A DNA stretch of 63,577 nucleotides, counting the filler, from Octopus bimaculoides (Eukaryota): the NCBI RefSeq assembly GCF_001194135.2. It is 5 parts of 5 records of this genome, joined end to end, with 100 filler letters (N's around TTAATTAATTAA, not from the genome) between each part and the next. Parts side by side here need not be neighbours in the genome. Positions count along the whole stretch, not along the records: positions 61,516 to 63,577 come from NC_068981.1; 4 more parts are not named here. The stretch is one strand, 5' to 3'. This document shows, in pieces, positions 62,801 to 63,577 of the stretch. A model generated the notes under the pieces. The model was not told the origin of the DNA. It saw only the letters and a program-made list of their open reading frames with translations, and did no database searches. A program made the position numbers and the translations under genes. The number at the start of each line of letters is the position of its first letter. Within the stretch, counting starts at the first letter, position 1.

Positions 62801-63355
62801 GAGTGAGAGAGCAGTGCATGGCGTCAAGGTGACACTGGGGTAAAATATACGAACCCCATTATACCCATCATGACTACCCGTCTGATAAGGGTACACCAAG
62901 CACATGCATCACAACCTTATGTGTGCAACATGGTGATTTAATATTAAGATAAACAGCGCATGACCTTTCAGGTGGGGCTCAGTTACAATTTTCTTCAGGT
63001 CAGTAGCCCATCCCGCTCAAAAGGACACTGAATAATGGTTGTTTAAGGATGTTGAACGAAACACCCATGTTTACAAAGGTGAATTATTCAAACCCCAAAG
63101 AATTCATCTCAGCACATGGCATTGATGCTCCCCCACTACTTCTGTTCGTGATCAGAGATGCACACATCATCAGCCACTAAGAGACATGTTGAACTGGTTA
63201 AGGTCAAACAACTGACAAGGCAAATCTGTGATATTGAGCAGAATATTTGCGGTAGCCTGTCTTTTATACTAAGACAAACGAAAGTACACGATAACATTTC
63301 CAATCAGTTAAGACCAGAAACCATGAGAGTCGCTGCCTGGTACTGCATCAGTGCA
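62800..63355 (-). repeat. Interspersed repeat family D, copy 3 (longest)
   Basis: Colinear with 9689-10137; flanked by (TTA)n on both sides. Confidence 0.85.
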
Positions 63356-63379
63356 TTTGTTGTTATTATTATTATTATT

Positions 63380-63577
63380 ATTATTATTCAGTAGTTTTAT
63401 TTTTATAACGTGCTTTCACTTCACTACCGAGCGCAGCTCTGTGCGCCTTGGGTATGTGCTGTGGTTTGCTGTGGTGCTCTTATGTTTACTGTATTGAAAG
63501 TGTTATTATTATTATTATTATTATTCAGTAGTTTTATTTTTATAACGTGCTTTCACTTCACTACCGAGCGCAGCTCT
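63380..63577 (-). mobile_element. Two tandem 3'-UTR stubs of the R4/Dong-like family
   Basis: ttattcagtagt.ttatt...gccttgggtatgt.ctgtggtttg.tgtg.tgct.ttatg.ttactgtattgaaagtgtt matches 46190-46280; each stub starts in (TTA)n. Confidence 0.75.

Overview
Eukaryotic, AT-rich, gap-rich draft genomic scaffold saturated with microsatellites and interspersed repeats. The repeat landscape suggests a coleoid cephalopod, probably Octopus (inference only). Two multi-exon genes lie head-to-head. (1) On the minus strand, an SLC16/monocarboxylate-transporter-family gene: 7 coding exons reconstructed by hand (13523 down to stop at 2800; 1785 nt, 594 aa plus stop, open frame, all GT-AG; the start-codon exon was not found). 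(2) On the plus strand, a divergent Notch-ligand-like gene: 3 consecutive exons (39927-49197) encode an N-terminal C2/MNNL domain; the signal-peptide and DSL exons were not found in readable sequence. The rest is tRNA-derived SINEs, LINE fragments (CR1/jockey-like, RTE, Tx1/L1-like, RLE-type R4/Dong-like and R2/Hero-like), mariner/Tc1 remnants, MITEs and synthetic assembly spacers. Best leads: Gln (CAA) at the conserved TM8 Arg of the transporter, a possible Q-to-R RNA-editing site; an inverted repeat pair bracketing two symmetric exons (circRNA/dsRNA geometry); an intronic 12-unit heat-shock-element array; and (TAA)n-targeted retroelements. No wholly new system can be demonstrated from sequence alone.
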